Assembly: GCA_040954595.2 (NCBI GenBank) | Contig: CM082592.2 | Coordinates: forward strand, 434,001 to 498,000 | Origin: Balanoglossus misakiensis | Lineage: Eukaryota > Animalia > Hemichordata | DNA: 64,000 bases | Reading direction: 5' to 3' | Shown here: in pieces, positions 25,801-40,800 of the stretch | Numbering within the stretch: the first letter of the stretch is position 1 | Layout: every line of letters begins with the position of its first letter | Translations under genes and position numbers: made by a program | The notes under the pieces: model-generated | What the model was told of the DNA's origin: nothing | Databases searched by the model: none | The model's input: the letters and a program-made list of their open reading frames with translations, nothing else

Positions 25801-28800
25801 TGTACGCGTGTTTCTGCTCTAGAGTGCCGGGGCTTTATCCAAGCCATGCCGTAGAAAATCTGACTTGATCACCGTTGCTAACGTACGCTAGTGTCTGTCA
25901 TATTGTGACGGAGATTTAGCCGAGCCAGGTCGTAGAAAAATCGACTTGTTCAACGTTACCAGTGTGCAACTGTTTCTGCTCTAGAGTGTCAGGGTTTTAG
26001 CCGACTTATGCTGTAGGAAATCTGAGTTGATGAACGGGAATTCAATGTTAGAAAACCCGTGTGGAAAGTATCTCTACCCGTTTGAAACTAAGAAAAGAAT
26101 TTATTCTTATTTATTTTGTAAAAAAGAAAATTTTTCGAAAAAAAGTCGAAAAATTGCAATTTTGTCTTGGGTGATTCAAATTATACCGCCTTTTCTGCAA
26201 TTTGCAGCACTTTTTGCAAGAGAACGACACTTCATGCTCCATAATATTTCCGAAAATGAAGAAAAGAGTTAATTTTTTATGATTTTTCAAAAATTTACCA
26301 TTTTTGTCAAAATATGGCCAAAATGGCTATTTTTCTTGAATTCCGTCAATATCTCTGCATTTTTGGAGTGGTCGAGAGTTTTAACATACAATCAACATGT
26401 CATATATGATCAGGGCACCAAATTCGAAGAACAAAGGTTTTTTTATTTTTTTTTCTAAAAATGACATTTTCAAGGAAAATTTGGTAAAACGCAATTTTGT
26501 CTGCAGTGAGCCAAATTAGACGGTCTTTTGTGGAATTTGTATCGATATATACATACGAAGAGCATTCTATACTCCATCAGATTTCCGAAAATGTAGAAAA
26601 CAGGTATTTTTTGTAATTTTCAAAAATTTACCATTTTGACCAAATTGTGGCTAAAATTGTTATTTTCGTGATGAATGCCGCCAGTGTCACTGCTTTTAAA
26701 AGTCATAAAAACTTTTAACATACAAGCAATTGTTTATATATGATCAGGTCACCGAATTAAAAATATAAAGAATGTTTTGCCTAAAAATGACCTTTTTGGT
26801 GCAAAAACGAATAAAACGCAATCTTGTATTAAATCAGTTCATTCAGAGAGCATGTTTTATAATAAGCACCATTTTTACATATAATGGAAATTTCATACAT
26901 CATCAGATATCCAAATATGAAAAAATGATTTAGATTTTAGATGATTGTCCAAAATTAGCTGATATCTAATAAATGTAGTATTGAACCGTTCTGTCCCCCC
27001 CTTACATTATATGCGGTACGCCGATGTCAGCTTACCCGGCAGTACTGCAGGCCGTGCCCCCAACTAACGTCGGTGTTTGAAACGCCCTGGTTAAATTCGG
27101 GCTTTCTCTATAAATTGACAGGCAATAATGCAGTCCTACCCGAACAAATGTCGAGTGTTGACCCGCTGTGACTTTCCCTCTTCGGTTTGCCCGACTTAGC
27201 CAACGTCTTTGTACTAATGTGTCGGGTCTTTTGCAGAGCCAGGCCGAAGGAAATCCGACTTGATCACCGTTGCTAACGAACGCTAGTGTCTGTCATGGTG
27301 TGCCGGGGTTTTAGTCGAGCCAGGCCGTAGGAGATCTGACTTGATCATCGTGGTCAATGTACGCGTGTTTCCGCTCTAAAGTGCCGGGGCTTCAGCTAAA
27401 CCATGCCGTAGGAAATCCGACGTAATCACCGTTGATAACTTACGCCAGTCTGTGTCATATAGAGCCGGTGCACCAGCCAAGTCACGCCGTAGGAAATCTG
27501 ACTTGATCAACGTGGTCAATGTACGCCTGTTTCTGCTCTAGAGTGCCGGGGCTTCAGCTGAGCCAGGCCGTGGGAAACCCGACGTGATTACCGTTGTTAA
27601 CTTACGCCAGTTTGTGTCCTATATATAGTGCCGGGGCATCAGCCGTGCCAGGCCGAAGGAAATGTGAGTAGATCAACGTGGTCTCTGTACGCGTGTTTCT
27701 GCTCTAGAGTGCCAGGGCTTTAGCCAAGCCATGCCGTAGGAAATCTGACTTGATCAACGTTGCTAACGAACGCTAATGTCTGTCATAGTGTGCCGGGGTT
27801 TTAGTCGAGCCAAGCCGTAGGAGATCAGACTTGATCAACGTGGTCTCTGTACGCGTGTTTCTGCTCTAGAGTGCCGGGGCTTTATCCAAGCCATGCCGTA
27901 GAAAATCTGACTTGATCACCGTTGCTAACGTACGCTAGTGTCTGTCATATTGTGACGGAGATTTAGCCGAGCCAGGCCGTAGAAAAATCGACTTGTTCAA
28001 CGTTACCAGTGTGCAACTGTTTCTGCTCTAGAGTGTCAGGGTTTTAGCCGACTTATGCTGTAGGAAATCTGAGTTGATGAACGGGAATTCAATGTTAGAA
28101 AACCCGTGTGGAAAGTATCTCTACCCGTTTGAAACTAAGAAAAGAATTTATTCTTATTTATTTTGTAAAAAAGACAATTTTTCGAAAAAAAGTCGAAAAA
28201 TTGCAATTTTGTCTTGGGTGATTCAAATTATACCGCCTTTTCTGGAATTTGCAGCACTTTTTACAAGAGAACGACACTTCATGCTCCATAATATTTCCGA
28301 AAATGAAGAAAAGAGTTAATTTTTTATGATTTTTCAAAAATTTACCATTTTTGTCAAAATATGGCCAAAATGGCTATTTTTCTTGAATTCCGTCAATATC
28401 TCTGCATTTTTGGAGTGGTCGAGAGTTTTAACATACAATCAACATGTCATATATGATCAGGGCACCAAATTCGAAGAATAAAGGTTTTTTTTTTTTTTTT
28501 TCTAAAAATGACATTTTCAAGGAAAATTTGGTAAAACGCAATTTTGTCTGCAGTGAGCCAAATTAGACGGTCTTTTGTGGAATTTGTATCGATATATACA
28601 TACGAAGAGCATTCTATACTCCATCAGATTTCCGAAAATGTAGAAAACAGGTATTTTTTGTAATTTTCAAAAATTTACCATTTTGACCAAATTGTGGCTA
28701 AAATTGTTATTTTCGTGATGAATGCCGCCAGTGTCACTGCTTTTAAAAGCCATAAAAACTTTTAACACACAAGCAATTGTTTATATATGATCAGGTCACC

Positions 28801-31800
28801 GAATTAAAAATATAAAGAATGTTTTGCCTAAAAATGACCTTTTTGGTGCAAAAACGAATAAAACGCAATCTTGTATTAAATCAGTTCATTCAGAGTGCAT
28901 GTTTTATAATAAGCACCATTTTTACATATAATGGAAATTTCATACATCATCAGATATCCAAATATGAAAAAATGATTTAGATTTTAGATGATTGTCCAAA
29001 ATTAGCTGATATCTAATTAATGTATTATTGAACCGTTCTGTCCCCCCCCCCCTTACATTATATGCGGTACGCCGATGTCAGCTTACCCGGCAGTACTGCA
29101 GGCCGTGCCCCCAACTAACGTCGGTGTTTGGAACGCCCTGGTTAAATTCGGGCTTTCTCTATAAATTGACAAGCAATAATGCAGTCCTACCCGAACAAAT
29201 GTCGAGTGTTGACCCGCTGTGACTTTCCCTCTTCGGTTTGCCCGACTTAGCCAACGTCTTTGTACTAGAGTGTCGGGTCTTTTGCAGAGCCAGGCCGAAG
29301 GAAATCCGACTTGATCACCGTTGCTAACGAACGCTAGTGTCTGTCATGGTGTGCCGGGGTTTTAGTCGAGCCAGGCCGTAGGAGATCTGACTTGATCATC
29401 GTGGTCAATGTACGCGTGTTTCCGCTCTAAAGTGCCGGGGCTTTAGCTAAACCAGGCCGTAGGAAATCCGACGTAATCACCGTTGATAACTTACGCCAGT
29501 CTGTGTCATATAGAGCCGGTGCACCAGCCGAGTCACGCCGTAGGAAATCTGACTTGATCAACGTGGTCAATGTACGCCTGTTTCTGCTCTAGAGTGCCGG
29601 GGCTTCAGCTGAGCCAGGCCGTAGGAAACCCGACGTAATTACCGTTGTTAACTTACGCCAGTCTGTGTCCTATATATAGTGCCGGGGCATCAGCCGTGCC
29701 AGGCCGAAGGAAATGTGAGTAGATCAACGTGGTCTCTGTACGCGTGTTTCTGCTCTAGAGTGTCAGGGCTTTAGCAAAGCCATGCCGTAGGAAATCTGAC
29801 TTGATCAACGTTGCTAACGAACGCTAGTGTCTGTCATAGTGTGCCGGGGTTTTAGTCGAGCCAAGCCGTAGGAGATCAGACTTGATCAACGTGGTCTCTG
29901 TACGCGTGTTTCTGCTCTAGAGTGCCGGGGCTTTATCCAACCCATGCCGTTGAAAATCTGACTTGATCACCGTTGCTAACGTACGCTAGTGTCTGTCATA
30001 TTGTGACGAGATTTAGCCGAGCCAGGCCGTAGAAAAATCGACTTGTTCAACGTTATCAGTGTGCAACTGTTTCTGCTCTAGAGTGTCAGGGTTTTAGCCG
30101 ACTTATGCTGTAGGAAATCTGAGTTGATGAACGGGAATTCAATGTTAGAAAACCCGTGTGGAAAGTATCTCTACCCGTTTGAAACTAAGAAAAGAATTTA
30201 TTCTTATTTATTTTTTAAAAAAGACAATTTCTCGAAAAAAAGTCGAAAATGGTAATTTTGTCTTGGGTGATTCAAATTATACCACATTTTCTGGAATTTG
30301 CAGCACTTTTTACAAGAGAACGACACTTCATGCTCCATAATATTTCCGAAAATGAAGAAAAGAGTTTATTTTTTATGATTTTTTAAAAATGTACCATTTT
30401 GTCAAAATATGGCCAAAATGGCTATTTTTTCTTGAATTCCGTCAATATCTCTGCATTTTTGGAGTGGTCGAAAGTTTTAACATACAATCAACATGTCATA
30501 TATGATCAGGGCACCAAATTCGAAGAACGAAGGTTTTTTTATTTTATTTTTCTCAAAATGACATTTTCAAGGAAAATTTGGTAAAACGCAATTTTGTCTG
30601 CAGTGAGCCAAATTAGACGGTCTTTTGTGGAATTTGTATCGATATATATATACGAAGAGCATTCTATACTCCATCAGATTTCCGAAAATGTAGAAAACAG
30701 GTATTTTTTGTAATTTTCAAAAATTTACCATTTTGACCAAATTGTGGTTAAAATTGTTATTTTCGTGTTGAATGCCGCCAGTGTCAATGCTTTTAAAAGT
30801 CATAAAAACTTTTAACATGCAAGCAATTGCTTATATATGATCAGGCCACCGAATTAAAAAAATAAAGAATGTTTTGCCTAAAAATGACCTTTTTGGTGCA
30901 AAAACGAATAAAACGCAATTTTGTATTAAATCAGCTCATTCAGAGTGCATTTTTTATAATCAGCACCATTTTTACATATATTGGAAATTTCATACATCAT
31001 CAGATATCCAAATATGAAAAAATGATTTAGATTTTAGATGATTGTCCAAAATTAGCTGATATCTAATAAATGTAGTATTGAACCGTTCTGTCCCCCCACC
31101 TACATTATATGCGGTACGCCGATGTCAGCTTACCCGGCAGTACTGCAGGCCGTGCCCCCAAATAACGTCGGTGTTTGAAACGCCCTGGTTAAATTCGGGC
31201 TTTCTCTATAAATTGACAGGCAATAATGCAGTCCTACCCGAACAAATGTCGAGTGTTGACCCGCTGTGACTTTCCCTCTTCGGTTTGCCCGACTTAGCCA
31301 ACGTCTTTGTACTAATGTGTCGGGTCTTTTGCAGAGCCAGGCCGAAGGAAATCCGACTTGATCACCGTTGCTAACGAACGCTAGTGTCTGTCATGGTGTG
31401 CCGGGGTTTTAGTCGAGCCAGGCCGTAGGAGATCTGACTTGATCATCGTGGTCAATGTACGCGTGTTTCCGCTCTAAAGTGCCGGGGCTTCAGCTAAACC
31501 ATGCCGTAGGAAATCCGACGTAATCACCGTTGATAACTTACGCCAGTCTGTGTCATATAGAGCCGGTGCACCAGCCGAGTCACGCCGTAGGAAATCTGAC
31601 TAGATCAACGTGGTCAATGTACGCCTGTTTCTGCTCTAGAGTGCCGGGGCTTCAGCTGAGCCAGGCCGTAGGAAACCCGACGTGATTACCGTTGTTAACT
31701 TACGCCAGTCTGTGTCCTATATATAGTGCCGGGGCATCAGCCGTGCCAGGCCGAAGGAAATGTGAGTAGATCAACGTGGTCTCTGTACGCGTGTTTCTGC

Positions 31801-34800
31801 TCTAGAGTGCCGGGGCTTTATCCAAGCCATGCCGTAGAAAATCTGACTTGATCACCGTTGCTAACGTACGATAGTGTCTGTCATATTGTGACGGAGATTT
31901 AGCCGAGCCAGGCCGTAGAAAAATCGACTTGTTCAACGTTACCAGTGTGCAACTGTTTCTGCTCTAAAGTCTCAGGGTTTTAGCCGACTTATGCTGTAGG
32001 AAATCTGAGTTGATGAACGGGAATTCAATGTTAGAAAACCCGTGTGGAAAGTATCTCTACCCGTTTGAAACTAAGAAAAGAATTTATTCTTATTTTTTTT
32101 CTAAAAATGACATTTTCAAGGAAAATTTGGTAAAACGCAATTTTGTCTGCAGTGAGCCAAATTAGACGGTCTTTTGTGGAATTTGTATCGATATATACAT
32201 GCGATGAGCATTCTATACTCCATCAGATTTCCGAAAATGTAGAAAACATGTATTTTTTGTAATTTTCAAAAAATTTACCATTTTGACCAAATTGTGGCTA
32301 AAATTGTTATTTTCGTGTTGAATGCCGCCAGTGTCACTGATTTTAAAAGTCATAAAAATTTTCAACATACAAGCAATTGTTTATATATGATCAGGTCACC
32401 GAATTAAAAAAATAAAGAATGTTTTGCCTAAAAATGACCTTTTTGGTGCAAAAACGAATAAAACGCAATTTTGTATTAAATAAGCTCATTCAGAGTGCAT
32501 TTTTTTTATAATCAGCACCATTTTTACATATAATGGAAATTTCATACATCACCAGATATCCAAATATGAAAAAATGATTTAGATTTTAGATGATTGTCCA
32601 AAATTAGCTGATAAATGTAGTATTGAACCGTTCTGTTCCCCCCCCCCCCCCTCCCCTACATTATATGCGGTACGCCGATGTCAGCTTACCCGGCAGTACT
32701 GCAGGCCGTGCCCCCAACTAACGTCGGTGTTTGAAACGCCCTGGTTAAATTCGGGCTTTCTCTATAAATTGACAGGCAATAATGCAGTCCTACCCGACCA
32801 AATGTCGAGTGTTGACCCGCTGTGACTTTCCCTCTTCGGTTTGCCCGACTTAGCCAACGTCTTTGTACTAATGTGTCGGGTCTTTTGCAGAGCCAGGCCG
32901 AAGGAAATCCGACTTGATCACCGTTGCTAACGAACGCTAGTGTCTGTCATGGTGTGCCGGGGTTTAGTCGAGCCAGGCCGTAGGAGATCTGACTTGATCA
33001 TCGTGGTCAATGTACGCGTGTTTCCGCTCTAAAGTGCCGGGGCTTCAGCTAAACCAGGCCGTAGGAAATCCGACGTAATCACCGTTGATAACTTACGCCA
33101 GTCTGTGTCATATAGAGCCGGTGCACCAGCCGAGTCACGCCGTAGGAAATCTGACTTGATCAACGTGGTCACTGTACGCCTGTTTCTGCTCTAGAGTGCC
33201 GGGGCTTCATCTGAGCCAGGCCGTAGGAAACCCGACGTGATTACCGTTGTTAACTTACGCCAGTCTGTGTCCTATATATAGTGCCGGGACATCAGCCGTG
33301 CCAGGCCGAAGGAAATGTGAGTAGATCAACGTGGTCTCTGTACGCGTGTTTCTGCTCTAGAGTGCCAGGGCTTTAGCCAAGCCATGCCGTAGGAAATCTG
33401 ACTTGATCAACGTTGCTAACGAACGCTAGTGTCTGTCATAGTGTGCCGGGGTTTTAGTCGAGCCAAGCCGTAGGAGATCAGACTTGATCAACGTGGTCTC
33501 TGTACGCGTGTTTCTGCTCTAGAGTGCCGGGGCTTTATCCGAGCTATGCCGTAGAAAATCTGACTTGATCACCGTTGCTAACTTACGCTAGTGTCTGTCA
33601 TATTGTGACGGAGATTTAGCCGAGCCAGGCCGTAGAAAAATCGACTTGTTCAACGTTACCAGTGTGCAACCGTTTCTGCTCTAGAGTGTCAGGGTTTTAG
33701 CCGACTTGTGCTGTAGGAAATCTGTGTTGATGAACGGGAATTCAATGTTAGAAAACCCGTGTGTAAAGTATCTCTACCCGTTTGAAACTAAGAAAAGAAT
33801 TTATTCTTATTTATTTTGTAAAACAAGACAATTTTTCGAAAAAAAGTCGAAAATGGTAATTTTGTCTTGGGTGATTCAAATTATACCGCCTTTTCTGGAA
33901 TTTGCAGCACTTTTTACAAGAGAACGACACTTCATGCTCCATAATATTTCCGAAAATGAAGAAAAGAGTTAATTTTTTATGATTTTTTAAAAAATTACCA
34001 TTTTTGTCAAAATATGGCCAAAATGGCTATTTTTTCTTGAATTCCGTCAATATCTCTGCATTTTTGGAGTGGTCGAAAGTTTTAACATACAATCAACATG
34101 TCATATATGATCAGGGCACCAAATTCGAAGAACAAAGTTTTTTTTAGTTTTTTTTCTAAAAATGACATTTTCAAGGAACATTTGGTAAAACGCAATTTTG
34201 TCTGCAGTGAGCCAAATTAGATTGTCTTTTGTGGAATTTGTATCGATATATACATACGAAGAGCATTCTATACTCCATCAGATTTCCGAAAATGTAGAAA
34301 ACAGGTATTTTTTGTAATTTTCAAAAATTTACCATTTTGACCAAATTATGGCTAAAATTGTTATTTTCGTGTTGAATGCCGCCAGTGTCACTGCTTTTAA
34401 AAGTCATAAAAACTTTTAACATACAAGCAATTGTTTATATATGATCAGGTCACCGAATTAAAAAAAATAAAGAATGTTTGGCCTAAAAATGACCTTTTTG
34501 GTGCAAAAACGAATAAAACGCAATTTTGTATTAAATAAGCTCATTCAGAGTGCATTTTTTTATAATCAGCACCATTTTTACATATAATGGAAATTTCATA
34601 CATCACCAGATATCCAAATATGAAAAAATGATTTAGATTTTAGATGATTGTCCAAAATTAGCTGATATCTAATAAATGTAGTATTGAACCGTTCTGTTCC
34701 CCCCCCCCTCCCCTACATTATATGCGGTACGCCGATGTCAGCTTACCCGGCAGTACTGCAGGCCGTGCCCCCAACTAACGTCGGTGTTTGAAACGCCCTG

Positions 34801-37800
34801 GTTAAATTCGGGCTTTCTCTATAAATTGACAGGCAATAATGCAGTCCTACCCGAACAAATGTCGAGTGTTGACATGCTGTGACTTTCCCTCTTCGGTTTG
34901 CCCGACTTAGCCGACGTCTTTGTACTAGAGTGTCGGGTCTTTTGCAGAGCCAGGCCGAAGGAAATCCGACTTGATCACCGTTGCTAACGAACGCTAGTGT
35001 CTGTCATGGTGTGCCGGGGTTTTAGTCGAGCCAGGCCGTAGGAGATCTGACTTGATCATCGTGGTCAATGTACGCGTGTTTCCGCTCTAAAGTGCCGGGG
35101 CTTCAGCTAAACCAGGCCGTAGGAAATCCGACGTAATCACCGTTGATAACTTACGCCAGTCTGTGTCATATAGAGCCGGTGCACCAGCCGAGTCACGCCG
35201 TAGGAAATCTGACTTGATCAACGTGGTCAATGTACGCCTGTTTCTGCTCTAGAGTGCCGGGGCTTCAGCTGAGCCAGGCCGTAGGAAACCCGACGTGATT
35301 ACAGTTGTTAACTTACGCCAGTCTGTGTCCTATATATAGTGCCGGGGCATCAGCCGTGCCAGGCCGAAGGAAATGTGAGTAGATCAACGTAGTCTCTGTA
35401 CGCGTGTTTCTGCTCTAGAGTGTCAGGGCTTTAGCAAAGCCATGCCGTAGGAAATCTGACTTGATCAACGTTGCTAACGAACGCTCAGCCTAGTGTCTGT
35501 CATAGTGTGCCGGGGTTTTAGTCGAGCCAAGCCGTAGGAGATCAGACTTGATCAACGTGGTCTCTGTACGCGTGTTTCTGCTCTTGAGTGCCGGGGCTTT
35601 ATCCAAGCCATGCCGTAGAAAATCTGACTTGATCACCGTTGCTAACGTACGCTAGTGTCTGTCATATTGTGACGGAGATTTAGCCGAGCCAGGCCGTAAA
35701 AAATCGACTTGTTCAACGTTACCAGTGTGCAACTGTTTCTGCTCTAGAGTGTCAGGGTTTTAGCCGATTTATGCTGTAGGAAATCAGAGTTGATGAACGG
35801 GAATTCAATGTTAGAAAACCCGTGTGGAAAGTATCTCTACCCGTTTGAAACTAAGAAAAGAATTTAGTCTTATTTATTTTGTAAAAAAGACAATTTTTCG
35901 AAACAAAGGCGAAAATGGTAATTTTGTCTTGGGTGATTCAAATTATACCACCTTTTCTGGAATTTGCAGCACTTTTTACAAGAGAACGACACTTCATGCT
36001 CCATAATATTTCCGAAAATGAAGAAAAGAGTTAATTTTTTATGATTTTTTAAAATTTTACCATTTTTGTCAAAATATGGCCAAAATGGCTATTTTTTCTT
36101 GAATTCCGTCAATATCTCAGCATTTTTGGAGTGGTCGAAACTTTTAACATACAATCAACATGTCATATATGATCAGGCACTAAATTCGAAGAACAAAGGT
36201 TTTTTATTTTTTTTTCTAAAAATGACATTTTCAAGGAAAATTTGGTAAAACGCAATTTTGTCTGCAGTGAGCCAAATTAGACGGTCTTTTGTGGAATTTG
36301 TATCGATATATGTATACGAAGAGCATTCTATACTCCATCAGATTTCCGAAAATGTAGAAAACAGGTATTTTTTGTAATTTTCAAAAATTTACCATTTTGA
36401 CCGAATTGTGGCTAAAATTGTTATTTTCGTGTTGAATGCCGCCAGTGTCACTGCTTTTAAAAGTCATTAAAACTTTTAACATACAAGCAATTGTTCATAT
36501 ATGATCAGGTCACCGAATTTAAAGAATAAAGAATGTTTTCCCTAAAAATGACCTTTTTGATGCAAAAACGAATAAAACGCAATTTTGTATTAAATCAGCT
36601 CATTCAGAGTGCATTTTTTATAATCAGCACCATTTTTACATATAATGGAAATTTCATACATCATCAGATATCCAAATATGAAAAAATGATTTAGATTTTA
36701 GATGATTGTCCAAAAGTAGCTGATATCTAATAAATGTAGTATTGAACCGTTCTGTCCCCCCACCCCCCTACATTACATGCGGTACGCCGATGTCAGCTTA
36801 CCCGTCAGTACTGCAGGCCGTGCCCACAACTAACGTCGGTGTTTGAAACGCCCTGGTTAAATTCGGGCTTTCTCTATAAATTGACAGGCAATAATGTAGT
36901 CCTACCGGAACAAATGTCGAGTGTTGACCCGCTGTGACTTTCCCTCTTCGGTTTGCCCGACTTAGCCAACGTCTTTGTACTAGAGTGTCGGGTCTTTTGC
37001 AGAGCCAGGCCGAAGGAAATCCGACTTGATCACCGTTGCTAACGAACGCTAGTGTCTGTCATGGTGTGCCGGGGTTTTAGTCGAGCCAGGCCGCAGGAGA
37101 TCTGAATTGATCATCGTGGTCAATGTACGCGTGTTTCCGCTCTAAAGTTCCGGGGCTTCAGCTAAACCAGGCCGTAGGAAATCCGACGTAATCACCGTTG
37201 ATAACTTACGCCAGTCTGTGTCATATAGAGCCGGTGTACCAGCCGAGTCACGCCGTAGGAAATCTTACTTGATCAACGTGGTCAATGTACGCCTGTTTCT
37301 GCTCTAGAGAGCCGGGGCTTCAGCTGAGCCAGGCCGTAGGAAACCCGACGTGATTACCGTTGTTAACTTACGCCAGTTTGTGTCCTATATATAGTGCCGG
37401 GGCATCAGCCGTGCCAGGCCGAAGGAAATGTGAGTAGATCAACGTGGTCTCTGTACGCGTGTTTCTGCTCTAGAGTGCCAGGGCTTTATCCAAGCCATGC
37501 CGTAGAAAATCTGACTTGATCACCGTTGCTAACCTACGCTAGTGTCTGTCATATTGTGACGGAGATTTAGCCGAGCTAGGCCGTAGAAAAATCGACTTGT
37601 TCAACGTTACCAGTGTGCAACAGTTTCTGTTCTAGAGTGTCAGGGTTTTAGCCGACTTGTAGGAAATCTGAGTTGATGAACGGGAATTCAATGTTAGAAA
37701 TCCGTGTGGAAAGTATCTCTACCCGTTTGGAACTAAGAAAAGAATTTATTCTTATTTATTTTGTAAAAAAACAATATTTCGAAAAAAAGTCGAAAATGGT

Positions 37801-40800
37801 AATTTTGTCTTGGGTGATTCAAATTATACCGCCTTTTCTGGAATTTGCAGCACTTTTTACAAGAGAACGACACTTCATGCTCTATAATATTTCCGAAAAT
37901 GAAGAAAAGAGTTAATTTTTTATGATTTTTTAAAAATTTACCATTTTTGTCAAAATATGGCCAAAATGGCTATTTTTTCTTGAATTCCGTCAATATCTCA
38001 GCATTTTTGGAGTGGTCGAAAGTTTTAACATACAATCAACATGTCATATATGATCAGGCACTAAATTCGAAGAACAAAGGTTTTTTATTTTTTTTTCTAA
38101 AAATGACATTTTCAAGGAAAATTTGGTAAAACGCAATTTTGTCTGCAGTGAGCCAAATTAGACGGTCTTTTGTGGAATTTGTATCGATATATACATACGA
38201 AGAGCATTCTATACTCCATCAGATTTCCGAAAATGTAGAAAACAGGTATTTTTTGTAATTTTCAAAAATTTACCATTTTGACCGAATTGTGGCTAAAATT
38301 GTTATTTTCGTGTTGAATGCCGCCAGTGTCACTGCTTTTAAAAGTCTTAAAAACTTTTAACATACAAGCAATTGTTTATATATGATAAGGTCACCGAATT
38401 AAAAAAATAAAGAATGTTTTGACTAAAAATGACCTTTTTGGTGCAAAAACGAATAAAACGCAATTTTGTATTAAATCAGCTCATTCAGAGTGCATTTTTA
38501 TAATCAGCACCATTTTTACATATAATGGAAATTTCATACATCATCAGATATCCAAATATGAAAAGATGATTTACATTTTAGATGATTGTCAAAAATTAGC
38601 TGATATCTGATAAATGTAGTATTGAACCGTTCTGTTCCCCCCCCCCCTACATTATATGCGGTACGCCGATGTCAGCTTACCCGGCAGTACTGCAGGCCGT
38701 GCCCCCAACTAACGTCGGTGTTTGAAACGCCCTGGTTAAATTCGGGCTTTCTCTATAAATTGACAGGCAATAATGCAGTCCTACCGGAACAAATGTCGAG
38801 TGTTGACCCGCTGTGACTTTCCCTGTTCGGTTTGCCCGACTTAGCCAACGTCTTTGTACTAGAGTGTCGGGTGTTTTGCAGAGCCAGGCCGAAGGAAATC
38901 CGACTTGATCACCGTTGCTAACGAACGCTAGTGTCTGTCATGGTGTGCCGGGGTTTTAGTCGAGCCAGGCCGTAGGAGATCTGACTTGATCATCGTGGTC
39001 AATGTACGCGTGTTTCCGCTCTAAAGGGCCGGGGCTTCAGCTAAACCAGGCCGTAGGAAATCCGACGTAATCACCGTTGATAACTTACGCCAGTCTGTGT
39101 CATATAGAGCCGGTGCACCAGCCGAGTCACGCCGTAGGAAATCTTACTTGATCAACGTGGTCAATGTACGCCTGTTTCTGCTCTAGAGTGCCGGGGCTTC
39201 AGCTGAGCCAGGCCGTGGGAAACCCGACGTGATTACCGTTGTTAACTTACGCCAGTTTGTGTCCTATATATAGTGCCGGGGCATCAGCCGTGCCAGGCCG
39301 AAGGAAATGTGAGTAGATCAACGTGGTCTCTGTACGCGTGTTTCTGCTCTAGAGTGCCGGGGCTTTATCCAAGCCATGCCTTAGAAAATCTGACTTGATC
39401 ACCGTTGCTAACGTACGATAGTGTCTGTCATATTGTGACGGAGATTTAGCCGAGCCAGGCCGTAGAAAAATCGACTTGTTCAACGTTACCAGTGTGCAAC
39501 TGTTTCTGCTCTAAAGTCTCAGGGTTTTAGCCGACTTATGCTGTAGGAAATCTGAGTTGATGAACGGGAATTCAATGTTAGAAAACCCGTGTGGAAAGTA
39601 TCTCTACCCGTTTGAAACTAAGAAAAGAATTAATTCTTATTTTTTTTCTAAAAATGACATTTTCAAGGAAAATTTGGTAAAACGCAATGTTGTCTGCAGT
39701 GAGCCAAATTAGACGGTCTTTTGTGGAATTTGTATCGATATATACATACGAAGAGCATTCTATACTCCATCAGATTTCCGAAAATGTAGAAAACATGTAT
39801 TTTTTGTAATTTTCAAAAATTTACCATTTTGACCAAATTGTGGCTAAAATTGTTATTTTCGTGTTGAATGCCGCCAGTGTCACTGCTTTTAAAAGTCATA
39901 AAAATTTTCAACATACAAGCAATTGTTTATATATGATCAGGTCACCGAATTAAAAAAATAAAGAATGTTTTGCCTAAAAATGACCTTTTTGGTGCAAAAA
40001 CGAATAAAACGCAACTTTGTTTTAAATCAGCTCATTCAGAGTGCATTTTTTATAATCAGCACCATTTTTACATATAATGGAAATTTCATACATCATCAGA
40101 TATCCAAATATGAAAAATTGATTTAGATTTTAGATGATTGTCCAAAATTAGCTGATATTTAATAAATGTAGTAATGAACCGTTCTGTCCCCCCCCCCCCC
40201 TACATTATATGCGGTACGCCGATGTCAGCTTACCCGGCAGTACTGCAAGCCGTGCCCCAAACTAACGTCGGTGTTTGAAACGCCCTGGTTAAATTCGGGC
40301 TTTCTCTATAAATTGACAGGCAATAATGCACTACTACCCGACCAAATGTCGAGTGTTGACCCGCTGTGACTTTCCCTCTTCGGTTTGCCCGACTTAGCCA
40401 ACGTCTTTGTACTAATGTGTCGGGTCTTTTGCAGAGCCAGGCCGAAGGAAATCCGACTTGATCACCGTTGCTAACGAACGCTAGTGTCTGTCATGGTGTG
40501 CCGGGGTTTAGTCGAGCCAGGCCGTAGGAGATCTGACTTGATCATCGTGGTCAATGTACGCGTGTTTCCGCTCTAAAGTGCCGGGGCTTCAGCTAAACCA
40601 GGCCGTAGGAAATCCGACGTAATCACCGTTGATAACTTACGCCAGTCTGTGTCATATAGAGCCGGTGCACCAGCCGAGTCACGCCGTAGGAAATCTGACT
40701 TGATCAACGTGGTCACTGTACGCCTGTTTCTGCTCTAGAGTGCCGGGGCTTCATCTGAGCCAGGCCGTAGGAAACCCGACGTGATTACCGTTGTTAACTT